The notes below the pieces were generated by a model that worked only from the letters and a program-made list of their open reading frames with translations, was not told the DNA's origin and searched no databases. From NCBI RefSeq assembly GCF_964355755.1, contig NC_092670.1:23980795-24044794 (forward strand): 64,000 nt of DNA, given 5' to 3'. The translations under genes and the position numbers were made by a program. Each line of letters begins with the position of its first letter. The first letter of the stretch is position 1. The DNA is from Antedon mediterranea. Its lineage: Eukaryota > Animalia > Echinodermata. Positions 62,447-64,000 of this stretch are shown in pieces.

Positions 62447-63655
62447 GTTTGTGTAAAGAAAATTACTGTACATAAATTCACTTTCCATTCAATGTTATAC
62501 TTAGTGAATTGGAATTGATAATTCTGTGTCATTATGTAGAAAATTAAAGTCTAATTTCGCTTTTAATGAACATGTTCCTTAGTATTAAACCATGATGTCA
62601 GAACATTTCATTCTACACTTCTCCTAAATTCAGTGTCAGATAGATATATTTTCCCCTTGAAAATAATAATCAAAAGCAGTTGATGTAGTTGAATAGGCAA
62701 TTTCACATAGGCCGTAATTTATTCAGTTTGATCAAAAATTTGATCAAAGAAAAAAATTGTTTTCCTGATGAAACCATTAAATTTAATGACAAACAAAAAA
62801 TAATTAACCAAAAGCCTGGTCCTCATTGAATGGAAGTTAATGGGTTTTTGGTTAAATTGAATTGAATCATTATTCAAAGTTTGATTTTATTAATCTTTAT
62901 TTTTCATGTAAAAGAGCATCTTATAGTTTATAAAGTATATTGAGTATTTATGTATTTTGAAGACAAAAATAATGTTTGTTTTTTTTCTTAATGTATGCTA
63001 TACTCTAGCTAATAATTACCAATTTTTTCAATTAATGATTATTCAAATAATAATGATTAATATCTTTAATCAAGAAAATATTAATAAAATATTGTGAAGA
63101 AGCCAATCAAGACTAATGATGTGTACTGTACAGTATAATTTGTATTTATTACTTAATTGAAACAAATTGAACTTTATTATTCTGATATGATAATTTTTGT
63201 TAGTGATTTATTAAAATAATAATTTAAATTTACTGTCTTTTCTTGATAAAGTTTACATAATTTACAGATTGTCTAGTACTGTATAATAACCATGAAAATA
63301 GTGCGGCTATTGAAAAGTTGTTTGTTTTTTGTTTCTTTTTGTTTTTTCTTATGAATAGGAAGTTTCTTTAAGTTATGAATTATATTATAAATTCAATTTC
63401 TTTAGCCAAGTTGTTTTCTTTTTGATAAATGGTATCAGAACCATCAGATATCCACTGTATACAATTTTTGATTTCCATACAGTAATTATCTGATAATGTT
63501 TTATTATGTCTGAAAAAATCTCACTTTGAAGTTAGAAAGGTTGGCGAGGTATGATTTCATAGTATCGTGATGATACTATAGAGGTTGCTGTAACATTTTG
63601 ATTACAATTCCAAAGGTTTGAGTTACTCAAAAGTTCTTGTCATTTTTATTTTAAG

Positions 63656-63731
63656 AAAAATCAGAAAGCTTGAAGAAAATGGGAAAATAGAATTACTAGA
63701 CAAAGAGAGAGATAAGCTTCAGCAGACCCAT
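63656..63731 (+). CDS. STUB1: CHIP coding exon 4 (coiled coil), 76 nt; gene continues beyond the window
   Basis: TTTTATTTTAAG|A; KIRKLEENGKIELLDKERDKLQQTH; donor CAT|GTAGGT, phase 0; frame-consistent with exon 3. Confidence 0.85.
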
Positions 63732-64000
63732 GTAGGTATAACTTGGTGCACACAATGCAATTATGAAACAGCTCAGATAAGAAAACCATTATTCTTGATA
63801 TTTCTATAATTTAAGGCCTACTATTTTAACAATGATAGGAGAGCTAACTGAGTATAATAATCATGGCAAACATTTTCTACTGCAGTTACTGCAAATAACA
63901 TAATTTTAGTGTGGGGTTTATTTTGTTGTTATTTTAAGTTTGATTCATTGCAATAAACAGTGTGTATGAGCCCCAATATAAGCCTGCTATTAATAATTGC

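Noticed and set aside
62765-62795. CTGATGA + CATTAAA/TTTAATG + AAAC hammerhead-like string
   Set aside because: Lacks GAAA, stem III and a cleavage triplet.
6856-63731. Functional cluster of GPCR, sulfotransferase and CHIP
   Set aside because: No sequence evidence of co-regulation or a shared pathway; adjacency alone is uninformative in a metazoan genome.

Overview
AT-rich eukaryotic (metazoan) genomic DNA with spliceosomal GT-AG introns. The repeat content (Deu/Nin- and CORE-like SINEs, Kolobok/Harbinger/hAT MITEs, Helitron/Helentron elements, frequent TAGGCCTA) suggests an invertebrate deuterostome such as an echinoderm; this is inference only. Three protein-coding genes are supported. (1) A single-coding-exon somatostatin/allatostatin-C-type GPCR on the minus strand (8004..6856). 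(2) A divergently oriented galactose-3-O-sulfotransferase-like gene with two coding exons (34832..34951 + 35415..36539), whose signal-anchor exon is missed by the ORF track. (3) The first four coding exons of STUB1/CHIP (41644..63731), which continues past the window end, so the U-box is not present. The rest is intron or intergenic DNA with many non-autonomous transposons. I found no clearly new multi-gene system. The most notable observations are a perfect 83-bp palindrome made of two back-to-back minimal hammerhead-ribozyme motifs (Penelope-like), chains of TA-anchored micro-insertions resembling stacked transposon excision footprints, a Lys-to-Gln change in the sulfotransferase PAPS-binding loop, CArG-box-carrying MITEs upstream of STUB1, and a dimeric satellite arising inside a hAT MITE. 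All coordinates were read by eye, and boundaries of degenerate repeats are approximate.
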